This document shows, one piece after another, positions 11,423-24,100 of a stretch of DNA of 64,000 nucleotides (positions are counted from its first letter, which is position 1; every line of letters starts with the position of its first letter). The notes under the pieces were generated by a model. That model saw nothing but the letters and a program-made list of their open reading frames with translations, was not told where the DNA came from and made no database searches. A program made the position numbers and the translations under genes. Source of the DNA: Mitosporidium daphniae (taxonomy: Eukaryota). The DNA is taken from assembly GCF_000760515.2 (NCBI RefSeq), contig NW_013546700.1, positions 1 through 64,000 on the forward strand. The letters are read 5' to 3'.

Positions 11423-13360
11423 TCACGTTGCCTTCAATTCCCAAATGCTAGCGAAAATTTGAAAAAAGCACTTACTAAACTTTACAATCATCGCCCCCAG
11501 TGGCAGCTAGATTTAGGTGGTTGCTCCACGCCGTGCATGTTTGTGCCGATTGATGCGTCTTCACGCGGCCAAAAAGATGCCCGCTGTTTGCGTACCAAGA
11601 ATATAAATAGCCGTCTGGCGAGGAGCATTAAAAGAGCATGCGCGTACCTTCGCTTCCGGAAAGCACAAGGGTCTCGCCCAAGCCGCCAAAGCAAGACCGG
11701 ATTAAATATTTTTCTTGCACATATCCTTTGTATCGTTTGAGAATCCTCTCCGTTTTCAGCTCGAAAAGAAGAATTTCGGCAGTCTCCAAGCCGATCAAAA
11801 ACAACGATGAGTTTGACGAAATGGTCAGAGACGTGATCGATTCCATAAAGTCAATCGTCCTAGCGTTGATGAGCAAGTGGCGTCGAACCTAAGCAGCATT
11901 TTGCTCTGCAAGTCGAACAGTAGAATGCATTTCTCCTGCGACACGGCAAATAGGATTTTGGGGTTGACAGCACAATCCAGCGAAATCGAAGAAATCCGGA
12001 ATCCCGTCCAGCTGTGCTCGACCCGTGGAGTGGCCGAGTTGGAGATATCCTATCGCCTACTTAGCAAGCAAAGCCGTTACGTGGATCATCAATTGCCTAT
12101 CAATGCCGCCGGAAATAAATTTCGTAGAACTGAGCCAGCAGCAGCAAGTGATGAACGACTCGTGTTTTGAAATGTGGCAAATAAAATCCCCACACTACCA
12201 GCATTAAAGGGCGAACGTACGTTGATATCCCAAGCAGAGATGATTTTATCGTGAAGCGTTAAAAGCCGCGAATCAAAATAAAAGGCTCCAAAGTGCACAG
12301 CCGAGTCGTGATAAAATTCACAATGCTTCTTCCATGTCTACACGTAAATATCAGGCAATTGTGCACAGTGGTCGACCAAATCACGGCCCGTTGATCTCTT
12401 GATGTGGTAAGCAGCAGGGAGGAATCAAAGTTAAAGCAGGTATACCAGATCTCATCGACATGTTCATAAAGGGAGCACACTTTTTTTGCCGAAAAAGACT
12501 TTTTGTCGCAAAAATGGTCGAAAGCCAGCGATTGCTCCTTCAATGCGACAATCTGGGCATCAATTGAGGGCGATTAATGGTTCGGGCACGAGAGCGTCTG
12601 GAATACCTTGGCCTGTGCCAAAAGAGCCCCCAATCGGTTGGGAGACGGAAGAAATTCTTTCGGCAACAGCTTGTCCAATTCCACCAAAAGTTGCTCTTTT
12701 TTTTGCAGAAATCCCGCCCCAAATAGACGGTTTGAAAGCTGAGGCGTGTCACCAACCCAAAAGACAAGTGAAAACAGCCTCTTGTATTCTGAAATGTTTT
12801 CAACAACATAACAAAGAACCTCATCTCTCAAGTGCTTCAGTGCCTGGAGGTCTTCGCTGTGGAATAAAAGGTCATAATACTTTTGAACACTTAAAAATTG
12901 GTTGATTTTCTGGATTTCAGTCAACGCCAGTGGTCTAACCTTAATCGCGATGGCGTCCACATCAAGCGAAGACAGTAGCCTCGCGTTTTCTGCAGCCGCA
13001 TTTGAAAGCAAAAATTCTTTCAGCTCAGCGGAGGGCATTTTGGGAAGATTGATATTCGTTTCTCGCTTTAGTTGCGCTGATATTTGGCTAAAAACGTTAA
13101 TACTGCGCGAGAAATTGAAACGAATTGGGATGCATGAATACAATTTCAACTTACTGAAAGCCAGATTCATCTAAAAATTGAGCAATTAACTGAAAAATTT
13201 CCTTTTTTGAACACAATTCAGGGTTGGTAAGAAAAAAATTCCCAGAATTGCCAAGAGAACAAAGAGAAAGGGCCGATTGATCAGCATGGGGCTTGCCCTT
13301 TTTGCTCAAATGGATATTGCCATTATTGATTTGATTCTGCTCAGAACTTAAAGAAATCAT
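11423..13360 (-). CDS. WDR26: WDR26/Gid7-like LisH-CTLH-WD40 protein, several introns
   Basis: LisH-like KKEIFQLIAQFLDESGF, PSPNRLGALLAQA, HVDEIWYTCF and YKGYVQEKYLIRSCFGGLGETLVLSGSED; last exon ends IWELKAT*. Confidence 0.85.
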
Positions 13361-13586
13361 TGCCCTCTTTTTCCTATCAAGGATAAAAAATGCTTTAAAA
13401 CTTTTCTGTATTAATTAGTGAGGAAGACATTCAGTGATGAAATAACAAAGTTTACTTTAAAATCAAATTGTACAAACGAAAATTTAATCGTGTGCTTTAT
13501 TGACACAAGAGCAAGCAAACAGGGGAATAAAAAGCGGTCGGGGAAAAAGAGTCCGGAAAAGTGGGACTCGAAAAGGGAGACTGGCG

Positions 13587-13974
13587 TCATGTGGGGGGAA
13601 ACTTGTCTAAAAGATCATGGATTTTTTTTTGAAAGTCCTCTCTAATGTTGTTTGGAATGGAGGCTAGCGGCAATTAGTGCAAATCGAGCCTACCTTCGGC
13701 GAACGGCATCAGTTCGGTGAATATTTCGTCAATTGTAATCCGCTTGATCGAGGGCTGCTGAATGGAAATGAGCTCTATGCACAATGATCAGCCAAAGCGA
13801 CACCGTTACCTTGGCATTTCTTCTCGATAGCCGATGGCCAGGTAGATTCGGCCAGTCTGTTTTTCAAGTAGCTAACGAGCCTAGAATAACATTTTGATTG
13901 TACTTTTCTCGCTGACCGGTCCTTTCTAAATACTCGGTTGCTGCTGATTCTGAGCCCATTGAATTTGTAGACAT
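13587..13974 (-). CDS. SUS1: Transcription and mRNA export factor Sus1/ENY2 (99 aa, 3 introns: 13881-13903, 13775-13809, 13664-13693)
   Basis: Manual splicing gives ...YLERTGQREKLVSYLKNRLAESTWPSAIEKKCQELI...ITIDEIFTELMPFAEASIPNNIREDFQKKIHDLL, which aligns to ENY2. Confidence 0.88.
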
Positions 13975-14338
13975 TTAAAAATTAAAGCCGGGATCGCCAA
14001 ATTATTTTTTCATTTTGGGCCTACTCCGATTGCATTCGTAATATCGCAATCCTTGCATTGAAATGACACACACCGCAAGCACGGAGCATTAAAACGATCA
14101 GTTGCCCCTAAGCTAGTATGCTTAGAAAATGGTGCAAAATGACTGATTTGATCCTCTCGGCGATGATAATGAGCTTGGTTTGGGTTCAATCCAAGTTGCC
14201 CACCAAAAGGGCAAAGCCGGGTCGCTTTCCGTGGCTACAATGCCACCTCCAGGGAAACAGGACAGTTTTCCCAAACTGCTTGCCTCGCTCATGGCTTTTG
14301 CAAGTTTACCAGCCGATAACAAATAAAATTTTCAATTT

Positions 14339-15562
14339 ATGAGCTTCTCAATTTGGCCGATCTGCTTTATTGCCTTGCTTGTTCGGATTGCAGTTTCCGT
14401 CTTTTCTTTATGGTATGATTCGACTCATACGATTTCATTTACAGACATCGACTACTTTGTTTTACACGACGCTGCGGGGTATGTGTTCCATGGAAATCAA
14501 TCTCCATATACAAGAGAGACTTATCGATACACGCCGTTTCTTGCATATCTGCTGCTTTCGAATTTCTATTTTGATTCACTACTAGTTGGGAAGCTGCTTT
14601 TTTCTGTCTTTGACGTAGGCACTGGAATCCTTTTGTATTTTATCCAAATCAACAGGGCTATCCCTGCTGCCAGTGCAATTAAATGGACCTCCATTTTCTG
14701 GCTGTTCAACCCGTTTGTGATCGCCATAACGTGCCGGGGGAACGCCGAATCGATTATTTGTTTCTTTATATTGCTTTTTTTCTACTTCCACTCGGTTGGA
14801 AAAACCACGATATCAGCGATTTTGTATGGCCTTTGTGTTCATTTGAAAATATTCCCCATTCTTTTCAGCGTTCCGATTTTGGCAAACTTTTATCATAAAG
14901 AAAAGAATGCCAAAAACAGGATCCTTTCAATACTTCCTGTCAGCGGCGTTGTCTTTGCAATGATCAGTGGCGGCATGTTTTTTGTTCTGTTGATAGCCTT
15001 TTATCTAACATACGGGTTTGATTTTCTTTATGAAACGTATCTTTACCATTTATCAAGAAAGGACCATCGGCATAATATGTCGATTTACTTTTACTACTTT
15101 TACTTATTGCCTCATATCCGATTATCTGAACACGTATTGCTGGGAAATTTCTTGAACCTCGCTTGTTTTGTGCCCCAGTTTTTTTTGACCCTGTTGATTG
15201 GATTCGTTTTTTGCGATGACTTGGCATATGCGTTTTTCCTGGTCACGTATTGTTTCGTGTCGTTTAACAAAGTATGTACCAGTCAGTATTTTGTTTGGTA
15301 CATTTTGTTTTTGCCTCTTGCTGTGCACAGCATTTCGATTGAGTTTAAAAAAATACTTGCTTTGTGCCTGCTTTGGGTATTCTCTCAGGCCATCTGGCTT
15401 TATAACGCCTACAGGCTCGAATTTCTGGGTGAAAATGCTCACCTTGACGTTTTCTTATGTAGTTGCTTATTTTTTATTTCAAACATTGCCATTTTAGCTG
15501 CTCTAATTGAGGCTTACAACCCGCACAGCGAAATCATTGAGGGTGGTGTAAAGGAAGATTAA
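14339..15562 (+). CDS. GPI14: GPI mannosyltransferase 1 (PIG-M)
   Basis: FTDIDYFV, SPYTRETYRYTPFLA, RGNAESI, RKDHRHNMSIYFY and FNKVCTSQYFVWY. Confidence 0.97.
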   Translation: MSFSIWPICFIALLVRIAVSVFSLWYDSTHTISFTDIDYFVLHDAAGYVFHGNQSPYTRETYRYTPFLAYLLLSNFYFDSLLVGKLLFSVFDVGTGILLYFIQINRAIPAASAIKWTSIFWLFNPFVIAITCRGNAESIICFFILLFFYFHSVGKTTISAILYGLCVHLKIFPILFSVPILANFYHKEKNAKNRILSILPVSGVVFAMISGGMFFVLLIAFYLTYGFDFLYETYLYHLSRKDHRHNMSIYFYYFYLLPHIRLSEHVLLGNFLNLACFVPQFFLTLLIGFVFCDDLAYAFFLVTYCFVSFNKVCTSQYFVWYILFLPLAVHSISIEFKKILALCLLWVFSQAIWLYNAYRLEFLGENAHLDVFLCSCLFFISNIAILAALIEAYNPHSEIIEGGVKED

Positions 15563-15603
15563 TCAAAACAATAAATACAAGTTGTAATGAACCAAGTATC
15601 GTA

Positions 15604-16894
15604 TCACCTATTACGACCCTGTTTCGATGAACGGTATGTTCTGGCATCGTTGGGATAATAGTGGTCTGGCTGTGTTGCGCCAGATGCGGGGAATGTGGGA
15701 ACCGCAGGAGGAAACCTGCCAGGCTGGATGAAGTTTGGAAGGGTTTGATGGGAAATTTGCCGCGGATATTTGAATGGCTCAAAGTGGCTATGATATCCAT
15801 TGATGTGGTGCGGATCTGGCGAAAACAGCCTTAATGGATCTTCAGCTGGAGATGGGAGATTCAATTCTCTGTTCTGTGAAATGCAGGGGGGCCCTGATCG
15901 TGGTGAATACATGTTTGAAGATGCATGGCAAGCTGCTTCTGCAGGTGCACACCTGTACGGTGTATACGAAGTGGGCCGGGTTTTAGGAGAAAGTAGGCCC
16001 AACTTTTGAGCAGTCTTGTGGCACGGTTCAGTTGGGTAAATCGCGGAATGGTCAGTAGTTGTATGCTGCCTGTCAATGGGAGAAGCGGGGGCACACTGAT
16101 TTGGAGATGCGGGAAACTTGTTTTGATCAGACATGTCGCTTTGAGATTGCATCTGATGGATCGGAGGAGGGAATGGCAGTTGCACTGTAATTGGATTGGA
16201 CCTAAGGTGGAATTTTACACAACCGCGTACTCTCTTTCTTGCTGCGATTTCCTTATATGGTCTTCCCGCGTCCTCTCTTCCTTCAATTGCTTCAACTCGC
16301 TATTTGAAATTAGAAGCGCAGGTACTCTTTGATTGACTTTAAATTCAAGAGCTCTCTTTTCGCTTTGATCAGAATATCCTTTTCACGCTCGATCTTGTGT
16401 CGATAGTGATTAAGCAGGCTCCTCATGTTTTCCATTTGAAGCTAAATAATGTTAGCGGCACTGAAAACGATACTTTAACGGCCTCATGAGTAGCCAGTAG
16501 CAACTTTGAGGACGAATTAAAATACTGAAGAAGTTCATTGGGAAGCTACACTGTTAGAGGGCGCGAAAATCACCTCTCCCACCAGCAAATAATGAGCAAT
16601 CGGTTTGAGGCAAATTGAGCACTGGTGTTCACTCGAAGCGTCTTGTGGGCGAAAGCAATTGGTACAAAAAATATGGCCACACGTAAGAAGAGAAAACTTG
16701 AGCGATTCAACAGACCTGGGGTGCAGAAGCACCTGAAAATAGGAGTATCCGCTAAGCCCCGTCCCTTGCTTGACCTCCACATTGACATGGTCGCTTAATT
16801 CAACAAAGCACATGTTGCAATGGATCCACTCAAACTCTGAATTCAGGGACCCGTATGCATCAAAACACGGCTCATATGCGGATGTACTCATCAT
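15604..16894 (-). CDS. RNF212/Zip3-like RING finger protein (RING, coiled coil, Pro/Ser-rich tail), introns
   Basis: EWIHCNMCF...LLTCGHIFCTNC...CSIC, then FQMENMRSLLNHYRHKI coiled coil and a disordered tail. Confidence 0.7.
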
Positions 16895-17000
16895 CAGTTA
16901 GACAGGATGGCAACAAAAACACATTCATGCATTTCGGAAGCCAGAACAAATGTGCAATTAAAAGGCTGGATTTTAATTTGTGCGCTGACCCCCAATACCA

Positions 17001-18186
17001 ATGTTGATGAGGAAATTCTGGCCAAAGGCTTCGCCGCCCACTCCAATTGCACTGTCTAGACATACCAAAAAGGAGGCTCTTTGGTACGAAGATCCCGATT
17101 ATGTGATTGAAAAAAAAAACCGCCTTCATCCAACCATCCACAAGTATCTGAAGGTTGAAAGCAAAATCCCCAATGCAGTCAAACCCAACGCACTAAATAC
17201 CTCGGTGAGCTTAATTGATACCAAGCCCGTTCGGGATGTCATCAATTCGGATGCGCTTTCGGTTTACAAAACACTGCCTTTGCAGCAAAGGCCGTACATT
17301 GCCGGATTTTCAAAGCGAGTTGGTCTTGTTGGGTTCAAGTCCGGAATGATGTCCTATTTTGACCACGTAACTGGAAAAAAACATGCTGTCACCGTAATCA
17401 GATTTGAGCATGTGCAGTCTCTTCGCATAACCTCTGTTGGCGCCAGGCGAGATAGGGGGCTTTTTTCCATCGACGTTGGGGCTGGAAGTCAAGATCCCGG
17501 CAATATGTCAGCGTGCAGAAGAAGCTATTATGCTAGGTTTGGCGTTCCATTTAAGAGAGTCCACATGTGTTTTTCCATCACAAAGGACGCAACAATACCT
17601 CCAGGTATGTTGCCGTTTGTATTTTTAGGGACCAATTTATTTGCCGCCCATTTCGTTCCGGGCCAACTTGTGGATGTAAGATCAAAGTCGATCGGGAAGG
17701 GATTTCAAGGGCCCATGAAGAGGTGGGGATTTAAAGGGCTGCCCGCATCACATGGCGTCTCCCTTGCGCACAGATCGCATGGAGCAACGGGAATGAGACA
17801 GGTAGGGTTGGGTTGGTGGGTGTCTTATTCTAGGATCCCGGCAGAGTGTTGCCAGGCAAAAAAATGGCCGGAAGAATGGGCGGCAAATTCAAATCTGTCT
17901 TGCGACTGCCTGTAAGCTTTATTTTGACCATTTGTAGGTTTTAAAGGTCGATACAAAATATAATTGTATATACGTGCGCGGGTCAATTCCCGGCCATGAC
18001 GATTGCATTGTTAGGGTCAAGGATTCGCTCAAAAACCCAACATTTGCAAAGAGCCCGCCTCCATTCCCCACATTTATCGCGCCCCAAAACCAGAACGTTC
18101 CACAAGTGATGGTTGCGGAGCCCGCTTTTTACCACGACAAAAAGACCCCCATCAAACCCCATGAGCTGATCAAGCTCCTCAAATGA
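17001..18186 (+). CDS. MRPL3: Mitochondrial ribosomal protein uL3m, about 3 introns
   Basis: RVGLVGFKSGMM, AAHFVPGQLVDV, GKGFQGPMKRWGFKGLPASHGVSLAHRS and PPPFPTF. Confidence 0.95.
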
Positions 18187-18224
18187 CACATAAATTATAA
18201 TTAATTTTTTCAATTTCACTTGCC

Positions 18225-18530
18225 ATGAATAGCAATTTTGCTTTTCGGTTCTTTTCCTCATCGTTCCCGATTCGGAATGCCTACAAGATGGCAAATCTTT
18301 CGATCCCATCAAAGGCGAGTGGAATGCGCTCCTCGTTTTTTTCGATTCCGGAAATGCTTGGCACGTTCGGCGGCTCCCCGTTGTTTTCGTCTTCATTCCA
18401 ACAAATTCGCGGGTTAAAGGTCGGTGTTTCCATCACTCGTCGCTGTGAAAATTGCTACATCGTTGTGCGGAATGGAATTAGATATGTTTATTGCAAAGTC
18501 AATCGCCGTCATAAGCGTCGCCAAGGGTGA
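18225..18530 (+). CDS. MRPL36: Mitochondrial ribosomal protein bL36m
   Basis: Long presequence then LKVGVSITRRCENCYIVVRNGIRYVYCKVNRRHKRRQG. Confidence 0.93.
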   Translation: MNSNFAFRFFSSSFPIRNAYKMANLSIPSKASGMRSSFFSIPEMLGTFGGSPLFSSSFQQIRGLKVGVSITRRCENCYIVVRNGIRYVYCKVNRRHKRRQG

Positions 18531-18582
18531 GGGCTCTCCCTCACCTTACATACGACTGAACCCTTTTTACCAATAAACAAAT

Positions 18583-19972
18583 TTATTCAACTTTTTTAAT
18601 CGATTCAAGCGTATCCCACACATCCGCATCATCGTCAGCATCATTATCATCATGGGCTTCGCTATCGCTGTCATGGACAGCATTATTTGCATTTCCATCA
18701 GTCATCGATATGTTTTTGGCGAGAAATTCGTTGGAAATAGCGGTTAATTGCTGGGTGAAATAGACCTATTTGATGATAATGAAAGGCCACATTACCGATA
18801 GTAGCAGCCTTTTGTCGTTGACTTGATAAATACGTAAAAATCGATCTAGCCCCACAGAGACGAGGATCGGCAACTTTTCGAGACAAAAAATATCCTGTAC
18901 GGCACCCACATGGTCCCTGAGCTTGCCAAATGGTTTTCGTGTTCTCTCATCAAATAAATTGATGCCACCGCGGGTATCGGTGAAAATTAACATCCTAGTA
19001 ATAAGGAGGGAGCTTGAAACCTCATCTTCGAGGAATAATAAAGAGCCGTAATTGGATGCTCTGAAACTATTTTGGAGAAAACCGCTTTGGTCGAATTGGC
19101 CTTATAATCATAGAATCTCAATTCCTTTTGTGCAGTGCTTATGGCGATGGCAGATTGAGATTGGGAAGACGGACCGTCCATGAATGTTATTCCGGTGATG
19201 GAAAACTTGGGCTTCATATTTAATTCATTGTGCTCCTCCTACACATTAAAAAAAGAAGCACCTTTGCAGCCTTATAAAAATTGACCAGAGAACTGCATTG
19301 TTCGTCTATCCGAAACACGGAAAGTTGACACTCATCCCCTCCAATTGCAAAGATGGAATCATTAATGTAGGATTCGTTCCAAAACACAGATAGTATCGAG
19401 GCTGCCTTTGGAACAGTTTGCTTTAAAATGAGACATCTTTCTTCCGGCTCTTCTTTGTCATACAAATTGGGAAGAAACGCCTGAGCATATAGCAGAATCC
19501 CATCAGAAGAAAGAACCGCAAAGTTTATATGCCTATCTGAAAGAAAATCACAAAGTACTTGGATTTTTGCAAATAACAAGAGAATGCAATTATTTTGCTG
19601 CAAGGTAAAAGGCATTCCGAGAGAAAGGCTATCTTAAATGCCTTCCGCTGATTTACAGCAGTTGCGCGAGAAAAATACAAACATCCATCGGAACATAAAA
19701 ATATGGAAAAATATCCCTAGGTCATATGATGAGGGAAATTAAATTACCAATGAGGCATCGCCTTGTAGAGTTGAAATTTTTTTAATCGAAACTGCTGCGT
19801 TCGAAGCGGACTCCAAATATTGCGAAGGGGTCAAGATTGTATTCGTGTTGGGGACCAGCGAAGTATCTTGGCCATTCAATATACCACCACTATCTAATAT
19901 GCTTTGCATATCAAAAGAAACAGACTTTAACTGGCCACAGTTATCGCCCACGAGAAAGGCTGTACGAGACAT
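18583..19972 (-). CDS. NSA1: Ribosome biogenesis WD-repeat protein Nsa1/WDR74, several introns
   Basis: N-terminal FLVGDNCGQLK, AIGGDE, LRFYD, VSVGLDRFLRIY and acidic C-terminus DDADVWDTLE. Confidence 0.8.
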
Positions 19973-20325
19973 AGCTGCTAGTTAAAAGTTTAATTTCAAC
20001 TTTACACTTTGCGCCTTCAATTTAATTTATATATCAAAAAAGGTCCATCAAAGTGGGCCAACAAACAAAACTATAGATCTAAATGCATCACATTTTGAGC
20101 GCTCGAGGCATGCTAAAAGCGCCTCCCAACCCTAACGTAGCATTAAGCGGGAATGTATGTCCCGGTGTAACCGCTTTTAAATGTTACATTCAAGTTGCTA
20201 TTATGGGAAAGCTCTGATGCATTTGATATTAAATCGCGACCAAAGAGCAGGAATAGCCAATGTATGACCTCAAACCCTAATGTGCAGCTTTCATAACTCA
20301 AATCACATTGTTGATCATAAATTTA

Positions 20326-20995
20326 ATGTACTCTGCTACCCAACGCTTTGGATCGGTTCTTTCTTTTGCCACGTCCGTGGCTCTGTCACTCGCCGTACTG
20401 ACGGCACTGACGACATGGTTCATAACAAAAGAGCCGGCAAATATTTCAATCAGCATAAACTCTGTCAATTTGTAAAAATGGTCCCCATCTCACTCACCAT
20501 AGAAAGCAGGGCAAGGAGGGCCATTACGTGGTCAGAACGACTGATCTGCTTGATGTTCTTTCGTCGCTAGATGTCGACCTTAGGCCTCTCTTTAACTGGA
20601 ATGTGAAGGAGGTCTTTGCGTTCTTGGTGGTCGAATATGAGAGTACAAGGCCCCATGACAAGGTCCGCATACACAATGAACATGTTCTTTGGGATCGAGT
20701 GATTGTCAGCGAAAACTTGGGCAAAAGCCTCGTCAAAGCAAACTCTGTGCGATTCTCAACCCTTAAGCATAGATTCCGCATCTCCAATCTCAGCAACAAG
20801 TATCCCATTGCGGATATTAACAATTTATTCCGAAATAAGTAAGAATCTACACTGCTCACGCTTCTTTCTAGGGACGCTATTGCTGAGCTCAAAGTGACCC
20901 TCAAATGGACCACGTTTCCATGGATTGGCGCCATTTTCCACAAGGCGTCCGACGAGCGATCGGTCACATTTTCGCTGACTCAGAACGGCCAATAA
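20326..20995 (+). CDS. SPC3: Signal peptidase complex subunit 3 (SPC22/23)
   Basis: MYSATQRFGSVLSFA plus TM helix, DVDLRPLFNWNVKEVFAFLVVEY, VLWDRVI and NKYPIAD. Confidence 0.92.
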
Positions 20996-21148
20996 ATCAG
21001 CGGGAAACCCCGGCAACTTTGCATGAAGAGTTTCGTAATTTTGTACCTTTGTATGATGATTAAGCACATAGGGGATATAGGACACGCGCCTGCATCCATA
21101 CTGGACGCTTCTTGCGATGCAAAAAGTTTGTAAAATACAGGCTCGTAG

Positions 21149-24100
21149 TTAGCGAAAGCCAGATCTTCTGTTCGTCCTTGGTACAATAGCCGGCCTAGTA
21201 AGCGGAAGACTCTTTTGGGAGTGAGAAAGAAATCTCAATCCCGGCTGGCTTGAGAATGGCGTAGGAAACAACTGTGAAGACGCGTAACTTTCCTGTGAAG
21301 AAAAAATCAAGTTCTGCAACAGTGGATCTTGCTGCGTTGTCAGGCTTTGGCTTGATGGTTCTTTGGAAGTCTGTGAAAAGCAAAAAAGATCTTGTCGCCG
21401 AAAGATATTTCTGATCTTGAGCAGGTTTGGATCGTCAGGAATTTCCCTTTCCGCCACTGTCCGAAGCATCTGGTGCTCCCATAGATCACTTAGCTCTGTC
21501 TGTATGGTCGTCCCCATTGCTAATTTTTCTTCACAATGCATCTTTAGCTTCTCGGTTTCAGAAAGTTCCAAACTAAGAGCGCTTCTGTCAGCAGATTGGG
21601 AAAATTCCTTGCGAGTGATCTCTGAGAGAGAAAAGAACAACGAATCTGTGACTGCTGCAAGGGAAATAGCACTACTAGTGCGGTCTTTACAGCCTTCAAA
21701 TGTTGGGGTGAGGCTAATGGTGTCAGGAAGCCCAACAAGCTTCAAAAAGGCCCTTCGCATTGCATGCAAATCGCCATCTTTATCGGCAGCGGATTGCTGC
21801 TTGGTTTGGTGTTCGGTCAGTAAGTATGCAATATGAGACAGCTTGAATTTGATAATTGGATCATTGCGGCTTGTAATTTCCCGAAACTGACGGATGAGAC
21901 TCAAAAGTTGGGGCCATACCTCGTCAAGCAGCGAGTAGAGGAGATAAAAAGTGCACCTCTTTTGCGGGCGTGAAATCCGCTTTAGCTGGCTCCGCATGAC
22001 ACGCTGTCGTAGTTCGTTCAGGGAGCAGCATGCAATGAATGGCTTTCTTGAGCTTTCAACCATCGTTTCTGAGGTATCAGAGATGGGGCTTGATTTGGAG
22101 GTACCAAGATCCTGAAGGATAGCCACAAGGTCGCTCTTGATGAATTCAACAAAATCCTCTCTAGGCATGTCGTCCTGAAACGAATGTAGGCTTGTTCCAT
22201 ATGACTGATCACCTGTAAAGTTACCTCCCAAAGTCAATAAAAGAAACAACTTGAACCACGAAAAGATGCCGACAACTGTGTGTTTCTTTCGAAAGTTGCT
22301 TTTGGAAAGCCCGACTTTAAAGGCGGAACGATATGACCATTGCTTGAAACCTTCAAACGGAAGCTCGAAAGTATATCTGGGGACAGCTGACAAAGACCGC
22401 TGTAAATCCTCAAATGACGCTCCGGGAAAGGGGGTTGGTAGCGAAATGCTAGATGAATTTGTATGGGACAGCCAGCGGTATGAGATCAGGTAAATTTCGT
22501 GATCCGAATAGTATTGTAGAAAATGGACATCAACATACCCATTGCCCGGGAAACATAGCGGAGCGACGTCAACTAGAAAGGCATTCCTCTGGGTGGTTGT
22601 GAAACACACAGGAAGAGCTGTGCTAACCGCGGAACCGTTGCGAAACCCCCAACCGACGCCGCTCTTTACAGCTGGAATGCGGATTGCGACCTTGCTAGGG
22701 GCAGAAGAAAATTCCGTTGTTGGAAGAATGGCCAGTTGTATTTCTTGTGAAGCTTTATCCCAAATGACAATACCGAAAAAATCAACGCTCAAGTGGAACA
22801 ATCGAACACTGGTATGGCGATGCTCATGGCTCGTGCCCGTAAGATAATCGAGGCTCCAGCAATGAGTGGTCCTCCATTCGGAAAAAGTCGGAAAAGAGAC
22901 CAGTTGGTCAACGAAAACCTTTTCATTGCTGATGGAGAGGATTCCAGGGACACTTGATGCTCCCGCTGTGGCATCAGTATCGCCTCTGATAACCTCTCCC
23001 AGTGGCGGGAGAAAGAGGAAAGGCACGCCTTCAGAAATCTTCCCGATCACTTCGGCTTGCTGATCGCATTTAAGCAAAAGGAAACACTCTCCAATGGCAA
23101 TCCAAAATCTACCCTCTTGAAGGGAGTATTCGAAGATGATGGGAATCAATTCCGTTTCCTTTTTATTTACAACGAGATGACAAAGATCGTACGAGTGAAG
23201 CCTGCTCTTATCACCGCCATCCCCTACGCTCCATTCAATAATAGTCAGATCTGAGCAAAGAACAGCAAAATCTCCCTTCACTCTAGGCGAAATCTTCAAT
23301 GAGAGCAACGAACATCGTGGGTCCTTTTGCATCTTTATCGCAATGTACTCATTGATAACATCTGGGGTGATCCTCCCATTATTGCTCCACCACAACAGTG
23401 AATTCCACTTTGAAATCTTTGTAGGAATGCTGAAAATTTGGACAGAATAAGATGTCCTGATTCCCAAAACCGGAACACTGCAAGTTGACGGTGCCCGGGA
23501 TATTTCCATGATGGGTTGGGCAGTTTCTTTCCACAAGAGCGTCGATTTTTCCGAGTGCATGTTAGTTTGTGAAGATCCCTCCATAAACGAAACTCGAGGG
23601 ATCAGAAGAGGATCGATTAGGGAGAAGGGCCTCTTGGAGATGCGGTCGACCACAGGACCAACATGCTCCGCTCGAAGTGCCCATAGCTCGGTATTTGATG
23701 TTCCCTTAATCACAAGCAGAAATTGAAGAGAAAGATCTTGATGATTGGCAAAGTCCTTGAAAGCAGTCTCCATTACGACGGCTCTAATGGTATGCTTTGA
23801 AAATATCGAATAGCAAGGCGGTGGAAGCATACTTGTCTCTGGTAACGGTAATTCCTTTGTTTCTGGCGGAAATAGAGGCTCTGTAGTTGGCCCATCGGCT
23901 ACAAGAGGCAATGTAACTGTCTTTCCGAAAATATTTTCCTCCTCAAGAAATGAAGCAAGAAGCTCTGATGAGATATGGAGGTTGCGATGTGCCTTTTGAA
24001 AATCGCTCGTCATGTTTTTCAGAAAATTTTTCTTTGCAGCAGCAGGCACTTTTGTTGCGGGTTTCCCAAGACATTGCGTTACAGAATGAGCTGCATTTGC

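Noticed and set aside
14118..14342. 74-aa ORF upstream of PIG-M, and similar short ORFs at 2370 and 55757
   Set aside because: No recognisable motifs or supporting signals; probably chance ORFs in promoter or UTR DNA.
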